A stretch of DNA of 64,000 bases, taken from contig NW_021834489.1 of assembly GCF_006345805.1 (NCBI RefSeq), positions 25,724-89,723 on the forward strand, given 5' to 3'. The first letter of the stretch is position 1. The number at the start of each line of letters is the position of its first letter. This stretch comes from Octopus sinensis (taxonomy: Eukaryota). Position numbers and translations under genes: made by a program. Positions 49,068 to 63,195 of the stretch are shown here, one piece after another. The notes under the pieces were generated by a model that made no database searches, was not told the origin of the DNA, and was given only the letters and a program-made list of their open reading frames with translations.

Positions 49068-50464
49068 CATTTTTATTGTACCCTTGGTTTTTATGCGCTA
49101 AGCCACTTGGTGTTAAATTGATGGTATTATTAAATTAATATCCAATTTTTTCACCCTTATTTTTGATATATATATATATACACGACCTAGTATAATTAAC
49201 CAGTGTATATGATAACAAACCCATACTACATGGGAGTGCTGAAAATTCCTGGCTTTGGGTAAAAGAAAATACAGGAGCAATAAATCAAAATTCCATAAAT
49301 ATTAAATATTCAACTGTATTCATTCCAATTATGAATGTTCAATAATTGAGTGCTGAGAGTTAAAATCCCTTTTTTCTTTTCAACATTCGTCAAATTATTA
49401 GCGAAATCTCATATAAAATAATGCCTTGCTTTAATCTTTGATTTACTGTCAGGTGACTTTTGGCTAACTCTGTATATATATATATATATATATTTGATTT
49501 TTCTATTTCTTTCTCTCACACTCTCTCTCTATCTGTATCTCTATCTCTGTACATATATATCTGTGTGTGTGTATGTGTGTGTGCGCGCCCACGCGTGTGT
49601 TTACATGAATATATATTTATATACACATGTATTCATGTACAAGTTCACATACAAGTATACATAATTACAAATATATATGCAATTATATACCTATATAATA
49701 TGTTTTAGTTTCACCCGGAATCACATTATTTAAAGGTTTACAGGGAGGTAGAAACAATCAAAATTCGCACGGATATTTGCTTCTGACTCTCAACCAAACT
49801 CTCAAGAAATATGTATTTATTGCATGTATAAATCTTTTATTAATGTTCTCCTGCATCAGTCTGTTAATACAGATATGCCCAAACCATGCCAGCATGGAAA
49901 GGGATGACGTCACATGATGATGATGGTAACGTTGACAAACTCTGCAAAACATGTTGCATTCTCTTTTCTTTCGTCTGTGAACCTTCCTTCCTCCCTTTTG
50001 CTCTCTTCCAGTTACACAAATATATAATCATCCATGCGTAACAAACTTAGAAAATGAGAGATGGATACCGCGTCGAAGGATGGATAAAGCCTTTAGATAT
50101 TAGAGTTCTGTTAACATTATTGCAATGAAGTCGTGCGAATAAAATTGCAACTATTCAACCAAAGGTTGAATAGTCCTAGGAAATCGGATTTCTTGCCCGA
50201 CTGTGAATAAGGAAGATTGGGAACGGGATTTTGTAAGATAACAAATATCTATTCTACTATAGACCCGGTGATTAATACCTTGTAAGTGAATTTGTTTTCA
50301 TGAAAACCGAGCAGAAACCAATCGTATATACATACATATATATATATATAGATGTTGACCCATTCCGTGACCCATTCCATGACCTTAACAATGTCTGCTC
50401 TGTTGAAATGTCTGCAGTTGGAGGTAAGCCAGTGTCTTGATATGCTATTCCTATTGCACTTTCC

Positions 50465-50891
50465 GGATCTTTTCGGTTTGAACGGCAGTTTTTAACATAA
50501 TTTCTAGGTAACTAAACACTTTTAAACTTCGTATACTGGTAGAATGTGTTTATAAAACATCTTTTTCTCTTGGCTTTATTGAGAAAATTCTATAACTTGT
50601 AAAATATTTGTTGTTTTTTTCTTCAATTTCTGCAATTTCAACCAATCAATGACGTCCATTGAGGTAAAAAAAACATTCTGTGCAGTATGAATATGTCCCT
50701 CGTTTAAGAAACAGATTGGGTTTATTTACATTTGTGAAGAAAAAAAGATACCCTTCCCCCACCCCTAATCCTAACTAACCCTAACCCTAAAACAGATTGA
50801 AATGCAATAGATCGATGCTAGGGTCATAATTATTGGTGACAATTTCATATGACACCGCTAGAAAAAACTGCCGTTCAAACCGAAAAGATCG
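50465..50891 (+). mobile_element. MITE-E
   Basis: Both TIRs (last base mutated); TSD cactttcc at 50457-50464 and 50892-50899. Confidence 0.92.
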
Positions 50892-51088
50892 CACTTTCCT
50901 TTTCATAGTGTCACAGCTTGTTAGAGATTACAGATGGAAGTAAATGCTTACTGTCACAAGCAACAAGCGTTCTGTCCCGTTACTAACACTATGGGAACGT
51001 TGCCCTACATGTTGGCTGGCTAGTCTGCAGCAGTTCACTTCCAGCAGATCGAAGCTGTGATTAACAAGCAGGCTATATTAATGGCTTG

Positions 51089-51322
51089 AAAGGCGGCGAG
51101 CTGGCAGACACGTTAGTACGCCGGGCGAAATGCGTAGCCATATTTCGTCTGCCGTTACGTTCTGAGTTCAAATTCCGCCGGGTCGACTTTACCTTTCATC
51201 CTTTCGGGGTCGATAAATAAAGTACCAGTTTCGCAACTGGGGTCGTTGTAATCGACTTAATTCCTTTGTCTGTCCTTGTTTGTCCCCTCTATGTTTAGCT
51301 CCTTGTGGGCAGTAAAGAAATA
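51089..51322 (+). mobile_element. SINE-A monomer
   Basis: TSD tatattaatggcttg at 51074-51088 and 51323-51337. Confidence 0.92.
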
Positions 51323-53726
51323 TATATTAATGGCTTGTTTTTTGTCTTTCTTTCTCAGAGTTTGAACAAAACTCATGGCCGCTCATTTTCTTAACTTCAT
51401 TTCGTCACTATAAAAAAACAACAAAAGGAAACAAAAGAAATTAAGCCAGTCAATCCGATTATAAAAAAGAATTGAGTTTCCTTCGTTTCGTAACGTCAGG
51501 CCTTGTCTATTTTCTCCAATTTCACTTCGGGTTACTATTTTAAAAGTCTACGTAGTTAATACATTTATGGGTAATTAAAATAAGCAATGGGAATAAGAGA
51601 CCTCGAGTCTGGAAGCTGTTAGTTATCTCTGTGAAATGTACCAAAATAAAACAGGCAAAGCATATGCGAAATAAATTGGTAAGGAGAATTTCATAGAAAC
51701 GGAGACGATATTCACAAATTATTTTCAGCTTATCGGAGAAATAGAGAAACACACTCTATGTTAATAGAATTTTATACAACGTTCGTCTTTTTCATTAAAT
51801 GTGAATTTTTTATATTATTCTTTTGACAAGTTCAGTATTATAAACTATTGCAATTCTGTTTATTACGATGCCACAGGTGTTCAAAATTAAACTGAATAAA
51901 AATTGATATCACCGGTAAATAAATTGAAAAGAAAATAGAATATAAAAACGCCATATTATATATGCTGATGTGGTATTTCTAGCAATTGTTATTATTGCTT
52001 TGGCAATCGTCTATGTTAGATAACTTTACTACGCGCGAAATGTAGGAAACCCAACACGAGTTTTCAATGAAGACAAAATTTTTAAATCTTAGAAGAAAAA
52101 TATATTCATTGCTTTATCTTATTTTGAATTGCAAAGATCAGCATTAAAATGTAAATAAAAAGGTAATAATAAATTTTGAAGGAAACAAAAAGTAATAAAA
52201 GAAAATGATAATAATACAAATGAAAATAAGTTTCGAAAATATATTTGAAAAGAAAGAAATTGTAAATAATTCGTCTTTAGGAATATTTTTCCGAGAAAAC
52301 TATCTGCTACATTAAACGCTGTGCAAATGTTGTGGGGATTTTCCATTGCTTTCAAACGCAATGCACAATGATGTCTAAATATTCCAATTTTTTTCTCCGT
52401 AATGCGACAATTATTCTTTACAAAGTTAATAATCTAGAATTCAGCAAGGGAATTTTTTCTTTTGTTTTAATCCTGTAGTAATTGTTATAGATATTTTTAC
52501 TCTTTTACTAGTTTGAGTCATTTGAATAAAACTACGCAGGGGCGCTATCGTAACTGTACTTTTGAAATAAATAACTTCTATACATTTTAGAGATTTGCAG
52601 GTGTCTATGATTGATTGCTGTGAGAAGTGGTATTTGTGACACAAGTCCTTCGACGTAGCACCTTCCACATATTCCGAATTTTGTTCTTCATACATTAGAA
52701 TGATTTGGCTGCTATGACTAGCAAGTTGAGTGACCATAGGTTCTATGATGAGTTATCAGAAAATTCCAGTGCTTATTTTTACATCTGTCATCTGGGAGTT
52801 GGCCCAAGGGAGATTGAACCGCAGGTGTCCATTCTAAAACCATAGTCAAAATTCCAATAGGTGTAAAAGAGACACAACCGCTGATGAAATTAGAACATTG
52901 ATGAGCGATTGGGACATGTGGTTCGTCCGATTTTATGCTCGATGCGAGTGCAAATCATAGACAAGAAGTATTTTGTTTTGCTGATTTATCTCGCTCTTAT
53001 TATCAAAGATAAAATAATTTTTCCTATTTTCTGCAACACAATATTTGCTAATACACTATCATCGTTTAATAATAAAATAAGGGGTAATTATACCAAAACA
53101 AACAATACTAGTACACAAAAATGCTGCTGTAATTGCCATATTGAATGCTAAACAGATAATAGTTGGCTAGAAAAACCAGCTTAACTGAGCCGTCCATATT
53201 AAATGTAACATTAACCAGAAACGTAAAGATGCCATCGGTATGACAGCAAATGAATTTAAATTCGCTGCAGTTGTCATATGCATATATTTGAAACAAACAA
53301 TAAAGATTGAACAGAGGTTGAAATACGCATATATAGCTTCAGACAAAATAATAATGTAATTTATAATATCAGTCAGCTTATGTTAGACAAAGCAAAACCA
53401 TACACATTATACATATAGTTCTGCAGCATATGTAAAATGTTAATCGTAAGATACAATAAGCAAACACAGAATAAACACAGAGAGTTGATTTCTTCTTAGC
53501 CATATAGCAGAAAATGTTTTCTTAAATGTTATAGGAAATCCTGCCATCGTGAAGTATCAAGCAGTTCTCAAACATTTATGATATATAAGATTTCTGGATC
53601 TATAATTGTTTCTGTCTTTTTAAATAATTTATATTCTAGAATGTTAGTATGGGTATGGCACACCGACACCAGTCAATGATAACTTTACTGAGCGTCTCAT
53701 GTCCACTGCATAATATATATATATAT

Positions 53727-53890
53727 AGGTGTAGGAGTGGATGCGTGGTAAGTAGCTTGCTTACCAACCACATGGTTCCGGGTCCAGTCTCACTGCGCGA
53801 CACCTTGGGCAACGGTCTTCTACTATAACCTCGGGCCGACCAAAGCCTTGTGAGTGGATTTGGTAGACGGAAACTTAAAGAAGCCCGTCG
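53727..53890 (+). mobile_element. SINE-B head only
   Basis: aggtgtaggagtgg...caccttgggcaacgg...gaagcccgtcg. Confidence 0.85.
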
Positions 53891-54039
53891 AGATATACAG
53901 GTTCAAGACAACACAAAATCACAAGCATTGTCAAGATTTGAACATCTGTACTCTTTGTTTTGCTCCGATAGGGCTAACAACAACGACAGCGACCGGATGG
54001 CGAATATTTCTTGTATGTAATTATACTCCATACGATAAG

Positions 54040-54250
54040 GCTGCGAGCTGGCAGAATCGTTACCAAGCTGGACAAAATGCGTAGCGTCATTTCGCCTGTT
54101 TCACGTTCTGAGTTCAAATTCTGCTGAGGTCGACTTTGACTTTCTTCCTTCCGGGGTCACTAAAATATGTACGAGTTGAGCACTGGGGACTAAGTAATAG
54201 ACTTACCCCTCTCCTAAAATTGATAGCCTTGGCCCAAAATTTAAAACCAT
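54040..54250 (+). mobile_element. Degenerate SINE-A with tail 2
   Basis: gcgagctggcagaatcgtt...gttctgagttcaaattc. Confidence 0.7.
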
Positions 54251-54269
54251 TATTACATTCGCATAATTA

Positions 54270-54593
54270 AGGCGGTGAGCTGGCAGAACCGTTAGCACGC
54301 CGGGCGAAATGCGTAGCCGTATTTCGTCTGCCGTTACGTTCTGAGTTCAAATCCCGCCGGGGTCGACTTTGCCTTTCATCCTTTCGGGGTCGATTAAATA
54401 AGTACCTATTTCTTTACTTCCCACAAGGGGCTAAACACAGAGAGGACAAACAAGGACAGACAAACGGATTAAGTCGATTACATCGACCCCAGTGCGATTA
54501 AATAAGTACCAGTTTCGCACTGGGGTCGATGTAATCGACTTAATTCGTTTGTTTGTCCCCTCTGTGTTTTGCCCTTTGTGGGCAATAAAGAAA
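54270..54593 (+). mobile_element. SINE-A carrying an antisense copy of its own tail
   Basis: 54407-54496 is the reverse-complement tail, flanked by duplicated attaaataagtacc (54393-54406 and 54497-54510). Confidence 0.85.
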
Positions 54594-55111
54594 CATACTG
54601 TGTTAAATGCTTAGCAGCGTTTCTTTCATCGTTACGTTCTGAGTTCAAATTCCGCCAAAGTCGACTTTGCCTTTCATCCTGTCGGAGCCGATACATTATG
54701 TAGGAGTTGAGCACTGAGGGGGATGAAATCAATTTAACCCCTCCCCCGAAATTTCAAGCCTTGCTCAAAACATTTGAAACCTTTACAATCCATATGGTGA
54801 CGACGAAATTGTTTGTTTTGATATAGTCTTTTCCGTGATTGTTTGAATACTGAAATTCTAATATTTTTTTCCTGTCACTTATTTCGATTTCTATAGCATT
54901 AGTAAACTATTGTTTCGGACAGCTTTTTTCAGAAGTTAAACAGAAAAATAATGTTATTTTACCTCTGTAGTAGATTCTATATATTTAACTTATAGAAAAA
55001 ATATTTTTGAATTCAATTCAACAGCAAGCCATTCTTGTTGATCCGTCTGTTTAAGTATCTACTTACTGTCTGCCCATATGTCTGTCCATATGTATCTATT
55101 CATTCATCTTC

Positions 55112-55234
<123 letters not shown>

Positions 55235-55714
55235 GTAAGAAGGAGATGAAGAGATGGGAGAGAGACGAAATGCAGAAAAAACTATAAAATCACTGAATGG
55301 AAAAAATATACTCTAATATTTTTTCTTATATTCCATTTGGTTCAATGCCTTTATTAACTCGAAAATATGATAAGATAAATTAAAAGCAAACATTTATTCA
55401 TAGATAAAATAGAAATAGACAAACAGGGGGAAATAAATAAATAGAAAAAAATGTGCTTGAACTGGAAATTTCACTGAACATTGAAAAGTTGAATTAATTG
55501 AAGGAACACAAAATTTGATGTCACTAGTTTTAAAAAAATTTTAAGAAACAATTCCAAAATCAAATATTTTAATAATCATAGTTTTTGTGAATTAGTTACC
55601 AGGCCTGAAACTTGGTGGTGGTAGGAGGCAACTCCGGTGCTAGTACTTTATTTTTATTGACCCTGGAGGGATGAAAAGCAAAGTTGAACTCGGGTTGTAA
55701 AGAGTGGAAAGAAA

Positions 55715-56159
55715 CGATCTTTTCGGTTTGAACGGCAGTTTTTAAAATAATTTCCACGTAACTAAACACTTTTAAACTTCGTATACTGGTAGAATGTGTT
55801 TATAAAACATCTTTTTCTCTTGGCTTTATTGAGAAAATTCTATAACTTGTAAGATATTTGTTGTGTTTTTTCTTCAATTTCTGCAATTTCAACCAATCAA
55901 TGACGTCCATTGAGGTAAAAATCATTCTGTGCCGTGTGAATATGTCCTTCGTTTAAGAAACAGATTGGGTTTATTTACATTTCTGAAGAAAAAAAAAGTA
56001 CCCTTCCCCCACCCCTAAACCTAACCCTAACTAACCCTAACTCTAACCCTAACCCTAAAATAGATTGAAATGCAATAGATCGATACTAGGGTCATAATTA
56101 TGGGTGACAATTTCATATGGCGCCACTAGAAAAAACTGCCGTTCAAACCGAAAAGATCC
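55715..56159 (+). mobile_element. MITE-E
   Basis: Both TIRs (first base mutated); TSD gaaagaaa at 55707-55714 and 56160-56167. Confidence 0.92.
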
Positions 56160-56707
56160 GAAAGAAATACTACAATGCATGTTACCTGATGTGCTAACGA
56201 TTCTGCTATTCCACACTGTAATAATATAGAACACAAAGCCAGAAATTCTGAGCGGAGGCGAACTAGTCGCTACAATTTACCCCCGTGTGTCACTGGTATT
56301 TGTTTTTGATCGACTCCGGAAGGATTTGAACTCAACCTAGAAAGCCAGAACAATACCATAAGGTATTTTGTCCGACACTTCCAATCTGTTCAGATCAAAA
56401 GCTATGTGAGCAATTGCCTGATACTGCATACTATCATTTCTAGCGGGACCCGTAAATATTTCACAGAATTAATGGTAAACTTATTGGGTTATTTTTGAAA
56501 AGGTTATCCAAAAACCTGAAAATCGTAGCCTGTGTTGTGTATAGAAAGCTGTTATACCTCACGTCATAGACGCTTTTCTCTCCCTGTTTTTCTCCCTTCC
56601 TATTTTTCTCTCTCCATCTTTTTCTCTAGTTACGTGAAAGCGTTACCGACGGGCTAAATAACGCAATGACAAGCAAAATTACTTATACGATTATTATTAT
56701 TATTATT

Positions 56708-56911
56708 ACTGGCAGCGAACTATCAGAATCGTTAGCAAGCCTGACAAAATACTTAGCGGTATTTCGTCCTTCGGTACGTTCTGATTTCAAATTCCGCCGA
56801 GGTCGACTTAGCCTTTTATATTTTCAGGGTCGATAAATTAAGTTCCAGTTGAACACTGGGGCCGATAGCTCCCTCCCCCGAACTTGCTGGCCTTGTGTCA
56901 AAATATGAAAC

Positions 56912-56951
<40 letters not shown>

Positions 56952-57002
56952 TTATTATTATTATTATCTTTATTATTATTATTATTTTATTATTATATTA
57001 TC

Positions 57003-57064
<62 letters not shown>

Positions 57065-57145
57065 CATCATCATTATTATTATTATTATCATTATTATTAT
57101 CATTATTATTATTATTATCATTCTTCTTCTTATTATTATCATTAT
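56708..57145 (+). mobile_element. Degenerate SINE-A with tail 2 running into an expanded (ATT)n tract
   Basis: ggcagcgaactatcagaatcgttagc...ggccttgtgtcaaaatatgaaacc then (ATT)n to about 57145. Confidence 0.7.
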
Positions 57146-57171
57146 ATGCATACACACACATACATACATAC

Positions 57172-57202
<31 letters not shown>

Positions 57203-57333
57203 CTTAGTAAGCATAGATGAAGCATAAGAGAGGACGGTTTTTACAGTATTAAGTTTCAAAAATTCTTTATAAAGATATAATAATTCAGAATATTATACAA
57301 TCATGCTGACTGGCGAGTGTTAGAAATAAAATG

Positions 57334-57372
<39 letters not shown>

Positions 57373-58261
57373 AAGTATATATATTTCACTTTTTAAGTCG
57401 GTTAATTTCATTTACAATAGATATATACTCGTGTTTTCTTTTTTGCATTTCCTCAGAAGTAGACGTTTGTTTCCATATTAATATTTACATAAATAATTAT
57501 AAAGTAATAATTTAATTTAGAATACAAGTTTTATACATATTTCATTAAAATAATTATTAGCTGAATTTTCTGTTTCATAATTCTTCGAATTTTTACGGCT
57601 TCGTAAGTAAAATTATTATTTTTAATAATATAGAAACTATTTAGGTATTACGTGAAAATAACGTAATATTAATTTTTAAATACATTCTTGTAGTGTTCTT
57701 CTAAAATTATTTATTTAATTTTAGATGCTTCATTTTCTAAATTAAAATGCTTTCTTAAATTAAAATAATTTCTTTAAGTTCGAGAATATGAGATAGTATC
57801 AGAAAGCTCCCGGATTGATCCTACAAAAAAAAAGTCTAAGCTATTCCTGAGATGGTGAAGATGCTGACGACCGCTCGGTTCAAAGTCTCCCTTGACCACA
57901 AGTGGCCTGAACTCTTTACATGAACACCATCCTGTACATAACTCCATGTCCCCCTACATGGCCTTGCTTTTTGCTTTTTGAGCCAAAAATTAACTAACTA
58001 ACTAACTAAATAATATACTTCAAATATTATTCCTATTTCAAGCACTCAACCTCCTTTCAAATGTTAACCAAGAAACGTAAACACTGCTACCAGTTCGATT
58101 TCCTATCCTCAAAAATGCTGCAGAAATCCTACGCTTGAACGCCATCGAACCGAGTCAGCAATTCTGATTTAATTTTTTGCGGAATTCTCCCGCAGCCTCA
58201 ATAATTTCATTTCGAAAAATACATCGAAGTTACAGAGGAATAGACTGGGTAATAAATTACC

Positions 58262-58679
58262 TATTTCTTTATTACCCACAAGGGGCTAAACACAGAGGGG
58301 ACAAACAAGGACAGACATAGGTATTAAGTCGATTACATCGACACCAGTGCGTAACTGGTACGTAATCTATCGACCTCGAAAGGATGAAAGGCAAAGTCGA
58401 CCTCGGCGGAATTTATACTCAGAACGTAGCGGCAGACGAAATACCCATTTCTTTATTACCCTCAAGGGGCTAAACACAGAGGGGACAAACAAGGACAGAC
58501 ATAGGTATTAAGTCGATTACATCGACCCCAGTGCGTAACTGGTACTTAATTTATCGACCTCGAAAGGATGAAAGGGAAAGTCGACCTCGGCGGAATTCGA
58601 ACTGAGAACGTAGCGGCAGACGAAATACCGCTAAGTATTTCGCCCGGCGTGCTAACGTTTCTGCCAGCTCGCCGCCTTT
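58262..58679 (-). mobile_element. SINE-A, head plus 2 units
   Basis: TSD gtaataaattacc at 58249-58261 and 58680-58692. Confidence 0.92.
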
Positions 58680-58920
58680 GTAATAAATTACCACCAATTA
58701 GGTTTTGTTAAACACTGTGTCGTCTTGAAGGTGGGTATGAGTATACTAGTTATTATGCAAGAACCAAAGTTGCAGTCTTGTTACAATTCTAAGCTTTTTC
58801 GTGGCACATCTCTCGACCACCTCAAAATCTCATAATGAAGTACTAATTTCATTGCACTGCTGACAGGAAGTCTCGGTTAAAAATATACTTAACATAAAAA
58901 AATGTGATGAGCATGTTTCT

Positions 58921-59127
58921 TTCTCTCTTTTACTTGTTTCAGTCATTTGACTGCGGCCATGCTGGAGGACCGCCTTTAATCGAGCAACTCGACCCGGGAC
59001 TTATTCTTTGTAAGCCCAGTACTTATTCTATCGGTCTCTTTTGCAGAACCGCTAAGTGACGGGGACGTAAACACACCAGCATCGGTTGTCAAGCAATGCT
59101 AGGGGGACAACCACAGACACACAACAC

Positions 59128-59158
<31 letters not shown>

Positions 59159-59315
59159 CATATATATGACAGGCTTCTTTCAGTTTCCGTCTACCAAATC
59201 CACTCACAAGGCATTGGTCGGCCCGGGGTTATAGCAGAAGACACTTGCCCAAGATGCCACGCAGTGGGACTGAACCCGGAACCATGTGGTTGGTTAGCAA
59301 GCTACTTACCACACA
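58921..59315 (-). mobile_element. SINE-B, 5' end slightly clipped
   Basis: TSD gcatgtttct at 58911-58920 and 59316-59325. Confidence 0.9.
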
Positions 59316-60109
59316 GCATGTTTCTCTTTGCCTTCCAGACATGGTTTTGGTGATTGTGGACTCTTTCCTTGCGATGACTGGTGTCTCCGGATCGAAACCG
59401 TAGACCCAACTTTAATTACCCAAGATGATTCAAGAGATAAAAGTTGGCTTGTCGTGAACCTCCTCACTAAGTCAAAACGCTGCTGCTTTTGATCGAGTAC
59501 CAGGGATCAAGGGACAAACTTCGCAATCACATGATGTATGCTCAGGGTTTCCGTGAATATTTATATGTATCAAAGTTGTGTATTTGAACACAATTTGAAA
59601 AGCCATATGTAACAAAATTTCAAAATAAACTTCGACCTTGATATATTCACTATACCTCATGTATTTACGTCTTTATGTAGTTCACAATTATACTTTCATA
59701 TATAAATACAGATTAGAAATACCGCGGAAACTAAATTTGTTCCAACATATGCAAACTCAGTGATCGGATACTCGGAACAAAAACTAATGCAAAATAACTC
59801 TGTCTAGAACATTTATAATCTAAGCAACATTAATACAGCTTGTTTGATATTTTATCTCAGAGACTTTGTAACATACAAAGTGGCTCAAGAGAAGGTTTTC
59901 TAAAACAAAATATTACAACTAGGGCCGTTCTAAGGGATTATGTGCATAATAAATGTTGTTTTAACGTGTTGTGCGTACAATTGTAAAATAGAATAAAAAG
60001 AACTTTGTGAGAATCTGGGTGTTAGAATTATATTGCCAAGTATGAATACGTAAATGTATGTAAATGTATGTGTAGATGTGAACCTTTTACATACCACACA
60101 TATGTGTAT

Positions 60110-60164
<55 letters not shown>

Positions 60165-60745
60165 GTGTGTGTGTGTGTGTATGTGTGTGAGTATGTATAT
60201 TATATATGTATGTGTATATATCTATATATATATGTATGTATTGATATATACATACACACACACATATATATATTATATATATATATATATTATATATATA
60301 TATTTGCATGTGTATGCGCACACGTATGCACACACACAAACACACAGAGGTACACACATACATACATACATACATACAAAATGAGTGTCACTTCGGAGAT
60401 TTGCTGAAGGTGTCTTGTCAGATAGCGAAATTGGAAGCCATCTTCGAGTTTCTGTATAATGAAGTAATAGATGTACGGAGAAGGAAGCGCTTATAATGGA
60501 TAGGTGGTTTTAATATAACAGTAGGGGGTCATCAGATTTAGGAAATTTAATGAGTTGTGACGTCATTGGCGGTAAAATCGTGCAGGTAACAAGAAATGCT
60601 GCAAAAACGAAATGAAATTGAGTATAAAGCGATAGTAGTATTAGTACGAACATTGCAATGAAGTTGTACAGTAATTATTCCTAACAAAATATAAAGGAAA
60701 AATATATAGTGTTAATATAGCTAATTATTTGATTATTAAATGAAT

Positions 60746-60935
60746 AGGCGCAGGAGTGGCTGTGTGGTAAGTAGCTTGTTTACCAACCACATGGTTCGGT
60801 TTTCAGTCCCACTGCGTGGCACCTTGGCAAGTGTCTTCTACTATAGCCTCGGGCCGACCAAAGCCTTGTGAGTGGATTTGGTAGACGGAAACTGAAAGAA
60901 GCTCGTCGTATATATATATATATATATCTATATAG

Positions 60936-60966
<31 letters not shown>

Positions 60967-61190
60967 CGTGTGTGTGTTTGTGTGTCTGTGTTTGTCCCCC
61001 TAGCATTGCTTGACAACCGATCTGGTGTGTTTACGTCCCCGTCACTTAGCGGTTCGGCAAAAGAGACCGATAGAATAAGTACTGGGCTTACAAAAGAATA
61101 AGTCCCGGGGTCGAGTTGCTCGATTAAAAAGGCGGTGCTCCAGCATGGCCGCAGTCAAATGACTGAAACAAGTAAAAGAGTAAAAGAGTA
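60746..61190 (+). mobile_element. SINE-B, full length
   Basis: Family B sequence. Confidence 0.9.
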
Positions 61191-61543
61191 TTGTATAAGG
61201 TTAATAGTGATTCCGGTATAATAGGCGAAGGTATAAAATGATTTATATGCGAATGAAAACTGCTACAGCTGAAAATTCAGGAGATAAACCACTTGTAATG
61301 TGTTATCTAAAACAGTTGGCAAGTAGGAGAAAAATAATTTATCTACCACAAGAAAATAGATCGTTTGTATGAAGAAAAGAAATGTAATTAGTAATTGTTG
61401 TGAGATAACGTGTGATTAATACAAGTAAATGGAGGCGGGTGGATAAAATGTAGCAAAACAAAATAGATGACTAGTTACTATACTGATGGAAAATTTTAAA
61501 GAGAAGGACAACCGGAGATAAAATATAAGGGTAAAATTTACAT

Positions 61544-61638
61544 AGGCGCAGAGGAGTGGCTGTGTGGTAGGTAGCTTGCTTACGAACCACATGGTTTGTG
61601 AGTGGATTTGGTAGACGGAAACTGAAAGAAGCCTGTCG

Positions 61639-61670
<32 letters not shown>

Positions 61671-61844
61671 GTATATATAGGCGTAGGAGTGGCTGTGTGG
61701 TAAGTAGCTTGCTTACGAACCACATGGTTCCGGGTACAGTCCCACTGCGTGGTACTTTGGGAAAGTGTCTTCTATTATAGCCTCGGGCCGATCAAAGCCT
61801 TGTGAGTGGATTTGGTAGACGGAAACTGAAAGAAGCCTGTCGTA
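61544..61844 (+). mobile_element. Two successive SINE-B heads (first internally deleted); the 3' half of the second resumes near 62175-62300
   Basis: Heads at 61544-61640 and 61679-61844, each followed by (TA)n. Confidence 0.8.
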
Positions 61845-61862
61845 TATATATATATATATATC

Positions 61863-62174
61863 TCACCGTGATCACCGTGACCGACCAGACTATCAGATGT
61901 TGTTACACATCGCTGGTCACAATGCGCTTTGCATTGTTTTAGCCTTCAAGTGACGCCACCTCGCTGGCTAAGCGAGCAGGCCAACAGAATAAAGAGTGAG
62001 AGAAAGTTGTGGCGAAAGTGTACAGCAGGGATCGCCACCACCCGCTGCCGGAGCCTCATGGAGCTTTAGGTGTTTTCACTCAATAAACACTCACAACACC
62101 CGGTCTGGGAATCGAAACTGCGATCCTACAATCGCGAGCCCGCTGCCCTAACCACTGGGCCATTGCGTCTCCAC
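61863..62174 (-). mobile_element. SINE with family C head and a third 3' module (tail tcacggtga repeated), nested in the SINE-B (TA)n tract
   Basis: C head on the minus strand; 3' part ...ttctgttggcctgctcgcttagccagcgagg...ctggtcggtcacggtgatcacggtga unrelated to tail X or the V module. Confidence 0.85.
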
Positions 62175-62715
62175 ATATATATATGTATGTATGTGTGCAT
62201 GTGTTTGTGTGTCTGCGTTTGTACCCAACATCGCTTGACAACCGATGCTGGTGTGCTTTCGTCACCGTAACATGGCGGTTCGGCAAAAGAGACCGATTGT
62301 AAGAAATAAAGCATCATTTAAGAGTAGAACAAGTTCAATTCTCCTTACTGCTCTACGGCAGTGAAATATGAACTGAATATCAAACAACAAATTCAACCTC
62401 TTGCGAAATTTCATCTCGACAGACTGCAATCAATATTTAACGTTCAACTGTTGATTATGTCTCAAACTACGATGTACAGTAAACTCCCTCCAATCCAGCA
62501 CCACTGGAACCGGAAGGTTGCCGGGTAACTGAAATTTCCGGATATCTGATGATTACTTTTTAAGTTATTTTAGCACACAAGAAAAGCTCATAAAAACTCT
62601 TTATATACATCAGTGTTATCATTAATATTCTGAATATAGTAGAAATGAAAGACACAGGAAGAAATAAAGTATGATTTATGTAAAAAGCACAAGTTTTATT
62701 AACCAAATAACATAT

Positions 62716-62881
62716 AGGCACAGGAGTGGCTGTGTGGTAAGTAGCTTGTTTACCAACCACATGGTTCTGGGTTCAGTCCCACTGCGTGGCACCTTGGGCA
62801 AGTGTCTCTACTATGGCCTCGGACCGACCAAAGCCTTGTGAGTGGATTTGGTAGACGGAAACTGAAAGAAGCCTGTCGTAT

Positions 62882-62921
<40 letters not shown>

Positions 62922-63195
62922 CTATATATATATATTATATATATTATATATATTTATGTTGTGTGTGTATTTGTGTGTCTGTGATTGTCCCCCTAGCATT
63001 GCTTGACAACCGATGCTGGTATGTTTATGTCCCCGTCACTTAGCGGTTCGTGCAAAAAAGAGACCGATAGAATAAGTATTGGGCTTACAAAGAATAAGTC
63101 CCGGGGTCGAGTTGCTCGATAAAAGGCGGTGCTCCAGCATGGCCGCAGTCAAATGACTGAAACAAGTAAAAGAGAAAATAAAAGAGAAAAGAAAG
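62716..63195 (+). mobile_element. SINE-B, full length
   Basis: Family B sequence. Confidence 0.9.

Noticed and set aside
53108-53296. Minus-strand ORF with NVTFNMDGSV as a Cys-loop receptor exon
   Set aside because: No Cys-loop motif or consistent splice sites; resemblance too short
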